DNA of 64,000 bases from Paraphysomonas bandaiensis. Taxonomy: Eukaryota; Protista; Chrysophyceae. Each line of letters opens with the position of its first letter. Positions within the stretch are counted from its first letter, which is position 1. Shown here piece after piece: positions 24,801-36,800 of this stretch. Under the pieces are notes generated by a model. It made no database searches. It was not told where the DNA came from and was given only the letters and a program-made list of their open reading frames with translations. The stretch is from contig CBFFRP010000028.1 of NCBI GenBank assembly GCA_965644295.1, positions 1 through 64,000 of the forward strand. The letters run 5' to 3'. Both the position numbers and the translations under genes were made by a program.

Positions 24801-27800
24801 GATTGTTGATGTAATGTGTATATATGAAACCCACTGGCTTATGATTGCTTAATCTGTATGTGTGCGTGTAGTGTATCTGTGAATTGTGTGCAATGATGTC
24901 ACAACAAGTTTGAGAACAGAATGAGGTACAGCCTCTGGTGTCGACTAACCCTGTGGTACTGAGCACGTAATTTGTTATGTGTTTTGTTGTATCGTATGTA
25001 AAATTACAGCTGTCTTTGATTGTTGATGTAATGTGTATATATGAAACCCACTGGCTTATGATTGCTTAATCTGTATGTGTGCGTGTAGTGTATCTGTGAA
25101 TTGTGTGCAATGATGTCACAACAAGTTTGAGAACAGAATGAGGTACAGCCTCTGGTGTCGACTAACCCTGTGGTACTGAGCACGTAATATGTTCTATGTT
25201 TTGTTGTATCGTATGTAACATTACAGCTGTCTTTGATTGTTGATGTAATGTGTATATATGAAACCCACTGGCTTATGATTGCTTAATCTGTATGTGTGCG
25301 TGTAGTGTATCTGTGAATTGTGTGCAATGATGTCACAACAAGTTTGAGAACAGAATGAGGTACAGCCTCTGGTGTCGACTAACCCTGTGGTACTGAGCAC
25401 GTAATATGTTCTATGTTTTGTTGTATCGTATGTAACATTACAGCTGTCTTTGATTGTTGATGTAATGTGTATATATGAAACCCACTGGCTTATGATTGCT
25501 TAATCTGTATGTGTGCGTGTAGTGTATCTGTGAATTGTGTGCAATGATGTCACAACAAGTTTGAGAACAGAATGAGGTACAGCCTCTGGTGTCGACTAAC
25601 CCTGTGGTACTGAGCACGTAATATGTTATGTGTATTGTTGTATTGTATGTAACATTTTAACTCTCTTTGATTGTTGATGTAATGTGTATATATGTTACTA
25701 CCAGCGTTACTGTAAGAATATGTTACTGTTGATACTCTCCTAGCTGATATGTTAATGTTTTTATGTTATTTTATTGTAGGTGCCAATCAAATTGAAACAG
25801 GTGATGGAAAAATTGTCAAACTAGACAGGTTTTCGAGTCAAGAAAGGAGTGCAAAGGCTAAACTGCTTATGTCTGGGCCTGGTGTGAAAGTGTACCGTCA
25901 CTTGATCAATGGGGATGTACTGCTTGTTAACAGGCAACCAACTCTCCACAAACCTGGTATTATGGCACACAAGGCGAGAGTTCTGCAGCATGTGAAAGAG
26001 CAGGTAGATTTTTACGCTGCTGTATATGAGTTCCTTGTCATCCACAACCTGCTATGTAGACGTTGCGGATGAATTATGCCAATTGCAATGCGTATAACGC
26101 TGATTTCGACGGGGATGAAATGAACTGCCATTTTGTGCAGGTAATTTAGTCTGGAATTTGTAATTTGCTAAATGTTTGCACAGAATGAAATCGCCCGTGC
26201 CGAAGCGACTTCAATATGTAACACTGACAATCAGTATATTGTACCAACCAGTGGAAATCCATTGCGTGGTCTAATTCAGGATCATGTTGCCAGTGGTGTT
26301 AAACTTACTTGCAAAGAAACATTTCTCAACAAAGAACAATTCCAACAATTGTTGTACATTGCCGTCACTGGCCTTCCTGGAACCGAAGTTGTTTCGAGTG
26401 TAGAAGAAATGATGATGCCGATCCCATCTGTGTTGAAGCCGGTGCAGCTGTGGACGGGTAAACAAGTTGTTACTGCACTGCTTCGTCATTTGTGTCGTCC
26501 ACCACTTCCCGCTCTACACCTGGACGGAAAAACGCGAACACCTCCGACGGCGTTCGGTCATAGTGAAAGGGAACACGTTGTTGTGTTCAGGTTCGGGGAG
26601 CTACTATGTGGTGTTCTAGATAAATCTTCCATGGGAAACGCATCGTTGGGAATTGTCCATGCGATATATGAGCTTTATGGATCCGAATTGGCAGGCCTCA
26701 TTTTAAATGCATTCGGCAGGCTGTTTACCTTCCATTTGCAGTCAGCGGGACATACTTGCGGAATTGAGGACCTAACATTGACTAAATCCGCGGATATGGA
26801 AAGGGCTAGATTACTTAACAAAGTCCAAATTGATGCCGCAATAGGACTTCGAGAGTATTTGGAAAGTGGAGATTCTAATACAACTAGGAAACGATCAGAC
26901 CAACCCGTTTCCGCCTCTGATATCGCTGATTTTGAGAAGAAAGTGTCGGTATTATTACAGGCCGATAAGCAGGGTGGTAAGGTTAAGCTAGATGGAGCTT
27001 TCCAAGCCGTTGTAAACAAATCTGCAAGTGACGTTTTAAAAGCGTGTCTTCCTACGGGTCTTCAAATTCAATTCCCGAAAAATAATTTTTCCATGATGGT
27101 GTTAACTGGGGCAAAAGGATCCGCCGTCAATCAGAGTCAAATTTCTTGTTTTCTTGGACAACAAGCTTTAGAAGGACAGCGTGTTCCAATGATGATATCG
27201 GGTAAAACTCTTCCATCATTTAGGCCATATGACTGTCGTGCTCGTGCTGGTGGATTCATTACTGATCGCTTTTTGACCGGTGTTCGTCCACAAGAGTATT
27301 ATTTCCATTGTATGGCTGGGCGGGAAGGTCTTGTTGACACCGCAGTGAAGACATCTCGTTCTGGATATTTACAGAGATGCTTAGTTAAGCACTTGGAAGA
27401 GCTACGCGTTCAGTACGACATGACAGTAAGAGACAGTGCTGGAAATGTTGTTCAATTTCTTTATGGTGAAGATGGCTTAGATCCCACAAGTGCAGCACTT
27501 CTTGGTGGGAAAGACAATCAGTTACAGTTTCTATCCCGCAACCATCAAGCACTGGTGTATAAGTATTCAGTTCACGGGAACTATTTCGAACAGGGCCTTG
27601 AGATGGATTCGGCAAAAGCGTATCAACTGCGAATGGATAATGCGCGAAGTGTCGTTGATCAATGCACTGATATACCTCTTGGCAAATGGAAATTCAACAA
27701 GAAGTCTATCATTATGGCCAGAAAAAAACTTGACGACTCGAAGCCATGGTCCCGATATAATATGCATAAAAAGTGGTTTATTGCTGAAATAATCAAGGTC

Positions 27801-29747
27801 CGGAAATCGTCCTCATCTCAACCGAACCTGCCTTTGTCATACGATGTTAGATATGTGGATGGCACAATCCAAAAACACGTTCCGGCTAGAATGAGAATAC
27901 GAAATGCAAACTTTCGATCAGATGGATCAGAGCGCAATGTTTCAAAGGATGCATTGATCCCTTTGATTAAGCCTGGACTTCCAGATCCAGTTATGTCGGC
28001 GTTGCGTGTTCAGAATTGTGTTGGCGCTATAAGTGAAGGTATGCAGCAAAAAATTCGAAACTATATATTGTCAAACCCAGACAATGTTGTTTCTGAAATG
28101 ACGACTGAAACCAGTGTGACAGCAGAAGCTCTTGAGCTTCTAGTGTGGATTAAGTATATGAGGTCTCTTGCTTGTCCCGGTGAAGCTGTTGGCTGTGTTG
28201 CTGCCCAGAGTGTTGGAGAACCGTCAACGCAAATGACGCTGAATACATTTCATTTGGCTGGGCACGGAGGTGCAAATGTAACTTTAGGTATTCCTCGTTT
28301 GCGTGAAATAATTATGACAGCATCCCGCGCCTTGAAAACCCCAACTATGCTTATCCCGCTTGCGCAAGGGCAGGGAATGGATACTGCGCGTGTACTTGCA
28401 CTTCAGTTTTCTAGAGTCCCTGTGTCGCTGTTGCTTCACCATAATGGTGGAATTGAAGTTGGCGAAAGAATAGCTCGAAATCCAGCAACTTTTATGTGGG
28501 AACGCATATACAGATTGCGATTTCACTTTGAAGACCCCTCGAAAATTCTTCAGTCATTTGGTATTACATTTTCAATGTTAGCGGATTCGATCAAGACAAC
28601 TGTCATTCAAAAGCTTCATCATATCGTCCAGCTGGAAATGCGACGAATGAAAGCTCAAGCACAACACAGCGTAGCAGTTTCGAATGTCGCGAAGGAAAGA
28701 GTCAATAATGCCGTCAGTGAAAACGCGAGTGGAACAGAGAATTATAGAGATGACGATACGTTACAAAAAAAACAGTCAGCTGGAAAAATTGGGATTGAAA
28801 GTGACGATGAGGATAAAGATGATATCGATGATGTTTATGATGAAGAACAGGGCACTTTAAAACTGGGAGGGAAAGAAGAGCTTACCGGTTATGATGATGA
28901 TAGCGATACTGATGTCATGGAGTCGCAAATGCACGGCGGTTTGGTGTCAAATATGGCCATAGAAGGGTCTGACGAGTATTCTGATTCTGATAGCGAGAGA
29001 ACAACCAGTTCGCTTAGGCAAAAAGCAACTGCGGTCTTGGCGTCTGCAGCTCAGCGCGATTCTTCTAGTCGTAGGAGTGGAAAACTGTACGAACGAGTTG
29101 GTAATGGTAGAATTGTGAGTCGCGGAGACACAGTGAAGTCTATGGAATCGGAAGGCTGGATAGAGTTGGAGATTGCGTTTCCAGCTCATGCTCGTAAATT
29201 GCTCATGGTGCAGTTGGCTGAGCAAGCTTGTCAGCGGTCTTCTGTTCGTGAAACGAAAGAAATTTCTAATGCCTATGCTGTTGAATGTGATGTTGACGGA
29301 GAGAAGCGTTTCGCAATCCAAACAGAAGGCGTTAATTTTGAAGCTGCGTGGCGGCTACCACAATCGCTGGCAGATTGTTCTAATTTGAAATGTAATGATA
29401 TATGGAGAGTTTTGTGCACGTATGGTGTTGAAGCTGCCAGGCAGAGCATAGTTTCGGAAATAAAAGGGGTGTTTGGTGTTTATGGAATAGACGTGAATCC
29501 AAGACATTTAAGTGTGATTGCTGATTTCATGACAAGAACAGGCTCGTATATTCCTATGAACAGAATGGGAATGTCGGAGTGCCCTTCACAATTTCTCCAG
29601 ATGAGTTTTGAAACTACTTGCACCTTCTTGACGCAAGCTGCTCAGGAAGGAGCGGTTGAAAAATTAGAGAGTCCAAGTGCGAGTATTGTTACTGGTAGTG
29701 TTCCACAAATTGGAACTGGATGCTTTGACGTTATGTTGCCCTTGTGA
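21888..29747 (+). CDS. POLR1A: DNA-directed RNA polymerase I largest subunit (RPA190/RPA1)
   Basis: Exons ~21888-22024, 22081-22198, 22249-22316, 22361-22784, 22830-23661, 25780-26003, 26060-26140, 26184-29747. Motifs [69 protein letters not shown] and [11 protein letters not shown]. Acidic expander-like region present, no CTD. Confidence 0.96.
23749..25694 (+). repeat. Intronic tandem array, 9 x 217 bp, inside Pol I intron 23662-25779
   Basis: Unit starts at 23749, 23966, 24183, 24400, 24617, 24834, 25051, 25268 and 25485. Only a few substitutions between units. Confidence 0.97.
23803..23881 (+). ncRNA. Box C/D snoRNA-like gene, copy 1 of 9 (others at 24020-24098, 24237-24315, 24454-24532, 24671-24749, 24888-24966, 25105-25183, 25322-25400, 25539-25617)
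   Basis: GTGC-A-ATGATGT (C box 23808-23814) ... CTGA (D box 23874-23877)-GCAC, closing a terminal stem. Sense to the host intron. Antisense stretches AAGTTTGAGAA, TCGACTAACCC and CCCTGTGGTA match conserved LSU rRNA sequences as recalled, not aligned. Confidence 0.75.
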
Positions 29748-30082
29748 GGAAAATCATGTTAGCTTAAAGTTTTATGATATCTAGGATGATGATATCCCAA
29801 TGATCTAATTATTAAATACATTTAGCTGTGAAGGCTTGTGTTGCGCTTTCTTTGTGTAATTATTTGACTAGATAGATTTTTATCCTCATTCCTCATAATG
29901 AGAAATCATAGTATTTATTCAAATCAAACGTATCTACATAAGGGATAAGGGAATGGTAACTGTAAACTAACTCAAAATATTGGAATATGTATGCTTCTCT
30001 AAAGGATGGAACTGTAGAATACGTTAAATACGATGCGCGAAACTGTAATACGTAGTCAAAAATAGTATAGCTATAACTGTAA

Positions 30083-30175
30083 TGTTGAGTTCTGCTGTTT
30101 GTGAGCAATTAAAAGCCGTAGTTTCTAAGATATTTGAATTTTTGAATTATAACCTTTACTCAAATAATACAGTAG
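30083..30175 (+). repeat. Dispersed ~90-bp repeat, found downstream of genes
   Basis: TGTTGAGTT..G.GAGCAATTAAAAGCTGTA.TTCTAAG...GAATTATGACC. Copies at ~30083, 32398, 32663, 39650-39710(-), 45790 and 50085. Confidence 0.65.
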
Positions 30176-30599
30176 TAGCTAACCGTATTATGAGAACCAA
30201 TGATATGATAGCTATTGTAGTACTGAATCTGAAATATATTGACTGTACAAGACAGTGACGATGTAAGATCGTACTAGAAACTAGAAATGGTTGGTGTAGT
30301 AGAGATAAACCCAGTTGGTGAATGACAATGAATGATGTATGATATCTCTTATAATTAATAATTTTCTTCTAAAGTGTTTATCTAAGCTTTCTTACTAAGT
30401 TCAACTACTAATTATGTCGCTTTCTAACATGTAAAGCAGAAGTACGTATCATGATTATTCAAGATAATGAAGTTGATCAGAGGTTGACATGAAAGAAGTA
30501 TAAAATTATGTTGTTGCTATGTTTTACGTATTACATGCCAACGCATAATTTCCTATATGCAATAATAATCATCATTTATCTGGTCTAACGACATAACTT

Positions 30600-30960
30600 T
30601 TCTTTAACGATCTAGACAAGCAAAATGCTAGCAGCTGTGGAGGATAGAAGGAGGATAGAGCCGATGTGCCATGGCTCGACGATAAAACGCGAGCAATGGA
30701 TATAAAAACGCGCGAGATGGTTGAAACACTCAGAACTTGTTTTCAAAGGGACTTGCTCACTCAATACGGGGGGTCGTTCGAGATGAAGCCGGCGGAATAC
30801 ATCTGATGATGTGTCATATATATGAAGTGCTGTCTAAAAAAATCGAGCAACTCGTTATGATAAAAAGGCGGGGAGAAGAATTCTCGAGAAGAAGCGTAAG
30901 CATACGGAGGAGATGAATTACACTGAGAAAAGCCTAAAGAGAAGGAAAGATTATCTACTG
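30600..30960 (+). pseudogene. Copia gag remnant
   Basis: DLLTQYGGSFEMKP (~30750-30790) resembles ELLTQYGSFRMRP in the gag at 13953-14237. Many stops. Confidence 0.4.
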
Positions 30961-31699
30961 TCATACATGACTCTCATCTAGTTACGATATTGCATGCACC
31001 GACAAGTGCTCAACTATACAACACGATTTAGTTAGCCACATGATGGGCATACGACGAGTTGTGTGTTTAAGCCGGATCATACGCTCCTGCCCAATCTACT
31101 TGTCCTAACACAAACAACTTGCGGTCGGTGGCTTCGGCACATGTCTCCAGTGTATGTGGCAGATCTTTAGGGCCCTCTTCAAGGTGGTGTTCACAGCAGC
31201 AAGTAGTCTGGAGGGGAGAGTAGAGTAGCTCTAGCGCCGGATCCTCCCACAGTCACGAAACGGTCTCACTGGTGCAATTTTGCATACTGACGCATGAAAC
31301 AGACTTCTACCAATATCTGTTACAACTTCAAGCTGACTCCAATACCTTCCCTCCATATTGTGTGCACTCGTCCAGCACATGCATCCACCTTGCACTCCTC
31401 TCCATGCACGAGTAGGAAACCGTGCACCAACCCAGCTCGGATGAAAACCTACTGAATGCAAGAATAACATAAAGCACACACAAATTAATGTACCTGACAC
31501 TGCTTGGAGAACAATGTCAGAGCTTTTATATATCTCAATGACCTGGGGGCCAGGAGAAACCAAGACTAGGCAGTAGACATGTGGGAAGACAAAGCAGGTC
31601 TAATCACATTGTCATTGCCATGCATCCACGAGGAAATTTTGACGCATTACCTCGATCATTGTTGGCCACACAGATACCGAATGATGTGAACGCGTACTC

Positions 31700-32119
31700 G
31701 GCAACCACTTTCGTTCTACCACTATAAGCAAACACAGTGAACAAGCAGAATGGTGATATACCTGACAACTGCAGACTTCTGAACTTTTGAGTCCTTAAGG
31801 CGAACAGCCCGGATGCTTAACTTTAGCAGGCAGCCCAATACCCTGCTAATTAGCCTTCAGGTGGACCCTATCCCGGATGCCCTTGAGGTGGGCCCATTCC
31901 AGGATGTCTGTTTATTCGTCAAGGCCCAAAGATGTCTACACAAGTGACACTTATATTAGTGCCTCTCTTGTACCACACAAGCATTCGGCTATGAGTGGGC
32001 AGAACAATATCTGCTGTCTATGTTTGCGGATCACGTTAGTTTTTCCCGGAGAAATATATCCGGTACTTATCCCCCATAACACCACCACGAAATGATGCGA
32101 GTCCGACTTTGTTGAGGGT
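31700..32119 (-). mobile_element. SINE/SIDE-like element copy (second partial copy at ~32135-32392)
   Basis: Head ACCCTCAACAAAGTCGGACTCGC, body shared with 46421-46890, and tail GTGGTTGC shared with the LINE 3' UTR. Confidence 0.75.
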
Positions 32120-32445
32120 TAATATATTTTACTATATCTAACGCTACGAAAGCTGCTTTTTTCCGTCACCGCAATTACCAAAGTGCAACCACTTTCGTTC
32201 TACCACTCTAAGCGAACACAGTGAGCAAGCAGAATGTTGATATACCTGACAACTGCAGACTTCTGGATGTTTGAGTCCTTAACTTTAGCAGGCTGCCCAC
32301 AATAACTCGGTTACCCTTGAGGTGGACCCTATCCCGGATGCCTGTTTATTTGTCCCGTGTATTGTGTATATCACACAAGCATTCGGCTATATGAGTTGTT
32401 GAGTTTTGCCGTTGGAGCAATTCAAAGCTGTAATTCTACCCATCA

Positions 32446-32660
32446 GTGATGTCTCGTGATGTTGTGAATATTCAATGTACAGCTGATGAGGTTTTGGTGG
32501 TTGCGTATCCGTCAGTTATGTCTTGTGATAGGATTCAATCTACAGCGTATCCGTCCGTTATGTCTCGTGATGTTGTGAATATTCAATGTACAGCTGATGA
32601 GGTCTTGGTGGTTGCGTATCGTCAGTTATGTCTCGTGGTTCAAATCAATGTACAGCTTTG
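32446..32660. repeat. Short degenerate tandem repeat
   Basis: GTCTCGTGATGTTGTGAATATTCAATGTACAGCTGATGAGG...GTCAGTTAT is repeated. Confidence 0.7.
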
Positions 32661-32812
32661 AAATGTCGAGTTTTGCTATTTGAGAAATTAAAAGCTGTAA
32701 TTCTAAGGTGTTGGAATTATGACCGTTAGTCGAAGAATACAGTAGTGATGAGCTGCATTATGATAAGTGATATCATGACGATGTAAGACCGTACTAGAAA
32801 TGAGTGGTAGTA

Positions 32813-33742
32813 GAAGCAACCTTAAGACAAACGTGGGAAAAATGTTCAAATTTGGGACTTTTGATTGAAAGCTATGTTCTACGAGTAATTTTAATGTTAA
32901 TTTGTCCCGAAATGTTATTCGAGTAGTTTGCAAGAAGTTTTCATAATTATAGTATGATATTTTAATAAAATATATGATATATTCATTATTTATAAGTAGT
33001 TACCGTGGGGCTAGTACGTTTTTCCATAACTTTTGGGGCTGAACCTACTGCACTAGTATCTTTTCATTCATACGGTACAATTTCTACTTCATAACTAGCA
33101 CAAGTTCTATTGACTCTTTTCATGACGTTAGCAGCTTCCCTTCCATTCCTTCAGCTACTTCACCGACTATGAACTCTATTATATCATATTTTCCATTCTT
33201 GTATTCTAATACGGCACCATTAATATTGTGAATTTTCTGATCTTTTCACCTATATTTCATAGAAGTGTTCGTGCCCACTACTATTCTCAGCACTACTATC
33301 GCCACAAGTTTCAATAATGCATTGCGTCGATGACCTCATTTCCATTATCTTCACTCAACTAATAATATCTTCATTTCCACTTTCTTCACTCATATACTGC
33401 TTTCACTTGAACAGAGCTCTTCCTCACTGGGGAGCTGCTATAACTTGAAATCGTGAACGCTTCTTCTTATGGACAACCTTTTGACGAACAGTTCTACGCA
33501 ACTCAAAATAACAATTTCGTTGTGCGCTGAGCTCTGTCCTGAAATCATTCTTGGAATATTAATTGTTATTTTTTTAATAAAATAACAATAAGAATAGTAT
33601 TGTATAGCTACTATAATATTATTACACAGTTTTAATAATATTAGATTACTGTAATGAAAACGATAAGTATAGGATACTGTAGGGTACAACGGGGTCCAAA
33701 ACGTGGGAATTTTTTTTCCCACGTTTGTCTTAAGGTTGCTTT
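32813..33742. mobile_element. MITE / non-autonomous terminal-inverted-repeat (TIR) DNA transposon
   Basis: ~29-bp TIR AAGCAACCTTAAGACAAACGTGGGAAAAA (from 32814) with its reverse complement ending at 33741. TA or TAG target duplication; the empty-site version GTAGTAGAGATAA is at ~30296. Confidence 0.8.
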
Positions 33743-33845
33743 TAGAGATAACGTGATATATCGCTTATTATATTTATTATAATCTTCTCTTATCTTAAAT
33801 AATTGATTAATGAGTAAATAAACGTCCAGTTAACTGAGTAAATCA

Positions 33846-36800
33846 AATAAAGAATTGATCTTTTTAATAGTAAAACAATGTTGTGATTATTAGAGTGTAT
33901 TAAAGTAATGAACACGATAGAGTGAAAATTATGAATAACAATATAGAACGTACTATCATGCACAACGGAATAGTTAGAAGTGTAACTGATAATGACGACG
34001 TTGTGATGACGATCACGTATCTTCGACAGATACCCTCTCTAATTCAGTTTATGGTATATTTCATTGAATATTATAATTCACAGATATACAATCATGTATT
34101 AAGCTGAATCCTAATACGCCCCCTCAATGAAATAATCAGTTAACCGTAGATAATAGAGAGAATATAAACTTATATATACACACTGAGAGTAAAAACCAGA
34201 GTAGCAGTCACTAGTCAATAATAAGCGAACTGCAGAGATGCCATATTGTGAGACCATCCTTCTAGTCCAGCATCATGTATTGAATAAAAGTAAAAAAAAT
34301 GGTAAAACCTCCGTGTAACTCAAACTAGCCACCTAGGTCGCTTGTGGCTTGGTAATTGTGATTTAGGTGTCTCTGAGGTTGTTGATCGCTTCCTGTTGCT
34401 GCTGGATGGGATGTCGAACCCAGCTCCCACCATCAATGTAGTTCGCAATGTGCGGAAGTTATTTGCTCCTAGTGGTTTCGTAAGGAGGTCGGCTAACATT
34501 GACTTTGTGGATATATGATCCACAGTCAAAATGTTCTCCGCAATGTGTTCACGGATGAAGTGTGGTATCGAATCGCGATATATGTTTTGTACGTCGATGA
34601 TGAGTAGGATTGTAACATAATTGGACTGCACCTTTATTATCGCACCAAATAGTTGTTGAGAATGGAAGTTTGAAACCAATTTCTGGTAATAAAGAGCGTA
34701 GCCATAATGCTTCCTGAGCTGCTGACGATAAAGCCATATACTCAGCTTCAGTAAATGACAATGCCACAGTTGTCTGTAATTGAGATTGCCATGATATAAG
34801 ACAATTACCTATGACGAATGTAAAAGCTGTAGTGGACCGTCGAGTGAGGTGACATCGTGCCCAATCGCTATCGCAGTATCCTGACAAAGTTATGTGGGAT
34901 CCAGAATATAACAATCCTTGCTTAGCAGTGCCTTTGAGATACCTAAGAACATGTAACGCAGCATTACAGGTAATTAGATTGGGCATATCAGAAAATCTGG
35001 CAAGAGTATTGACTGCATAGGCGATATCCGGTCGAGTGCATACAGCTAGATACATCAGGGAACCTATGAGTTCCTTGTAGGGGAAATTCTGAACATAACT
35101 TTGATTTGACTCTGAAAGATGATTGTATTCATGTAAATTATAGTTGAAAGACAGTAACATAGGTGTTGACATGGGTTACAGTTGGACATATTGAATTTGT
35201 CCAGTAGTTTTCTGACATACTGCTCCTGACTGAGAGTCGTGATATTCTTGTCAAAATCTTGATGGATGGAAATGCCCACAAGTAATAATATAAGAGTCCG
35301 AGATCCGTAATTTCGAACTTTTTGGATAAATGGTCTTTGAATTGTTGGATATCAGTGTCGGATGTGGATGCTATAATAATATCATCCACATACATGGCTA
35401 TTAGCATAATCCTGCCATTAATCTGCTTTTTGAATATACACGGGTCAGATATTAGTCTGGTGAAACCCATATCTAGCATAAAATTTGTACAGCACTTATA
35501 CCAGTTAAGACCTGCTTGCTTTATAGACAATATAGATGCCATTCATCAGTTTGAGGACTTTTCCGTCAGGGACGTCCATGCCAGGAGGGGGATGCATGTA
35601 TATGTCCTCTTCGAGGTCAGCATTGATGTACGCAGTTGTGAAATCGATTTGGTGCAATTTGAGTCTCATAATGGTCGAAAGGGCAATAATTGTACGTAGT
35701 GATTTAGCCTTCGCGACGGGGCTGTATGTATCATTGTAATCGATGCCTTGGATTTGAGTAAAACCCTGTGCGACCAGTCGAGCCTTGAATTTGATATCAT
35801 TCTGTTTTCTTTTTATTTTGAGTATGAGTTTCCCCTTTATGGCTCTTGCTCCAGGTGGTAACGCAGTGTATCTCCAGCATCCTTTCCTCTGAAGAGTGGA
35901 TATTTCTCTGTTGATAGCATCGATCCACTGTTGTTTATATTGACCTGAAATAGCATCTTGAACACTCTTTGGTGTATCGGTTAGCTCGTCAATGTCATCG
36001 CAATTACTGATAGCATGCATAACAATATCAATATTGTTTGTATGTTATTTTAATATACATTGTGTGTCATGTGCCATATGATTTACTACATGTTTAGCAT
36101 TTACATCACATGTATATACACCATCACCAAGTTTATGTACATTTACAATTACCCGTTTCCTGGCCATTCTCTTGCTTCGGAGAACACTCTTTTTACCAGC
36201 TAAGAATTGTTGTTTTGCTGTAGCACGGACCTTACTTGGCCCTTCAGGTGTACCCTGATTTTCCCAATCTCCCGATGAATCAGCAGGCTTGTAATAGCGT
36301 TTGGCCACACGCTGACACACACGATCCACTTGACTGTGTGGTGCCGGATTCGGCACTAGATTCCCATTGAATTGTTTCGAAGGACGAGTCTTCGCTATCT
36401 TTGCATCGGAGTGGGTAGGTTCATCCCGATGGCTGCTGATTCTCTCCTGCGCGGCATCATGATGTCTTAGATTCACGCCACTCCCCCTGGAAGTAGCGGC
36501 TGGCGCTGGAGATCCATTAACTGTGTATCGGGGTCTCGATCTGATTTGCTGGATTTATTTATTGGGGTTTTCGATCGAGAATTACTACATTTGAGACCAA
36601 CTGCTTTGAGTTCTATGTATTCTTCGGTGTACTTTTCGACGTCTGCAGCATGAATGGGGTCGTCGAGCTGAATGAGGCGTGTGTAGTGTCACCGCTGTTG
36701 TCCACTAGACCACGATACGCTGCGATTAGGCCTTTTCTGAGCTTTATTTGAGTCGTTACATATATGTTAATCCATCGTCTGGATCTACATGTGCTAGACC

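Noticed and set aside
23749-25694. CRISPR array or protein-coding repeat (ORFs 23814-24098, 24465-24749)
   Set aside because: There are no unique spacers and the context is a eukaryotic intron. The ORFs are antisense by-products of the repeat.
32480-32610. CTGATGAG as a hammerhead ribozyme core
   Set aside because: No GAAA partner or flanking stems.
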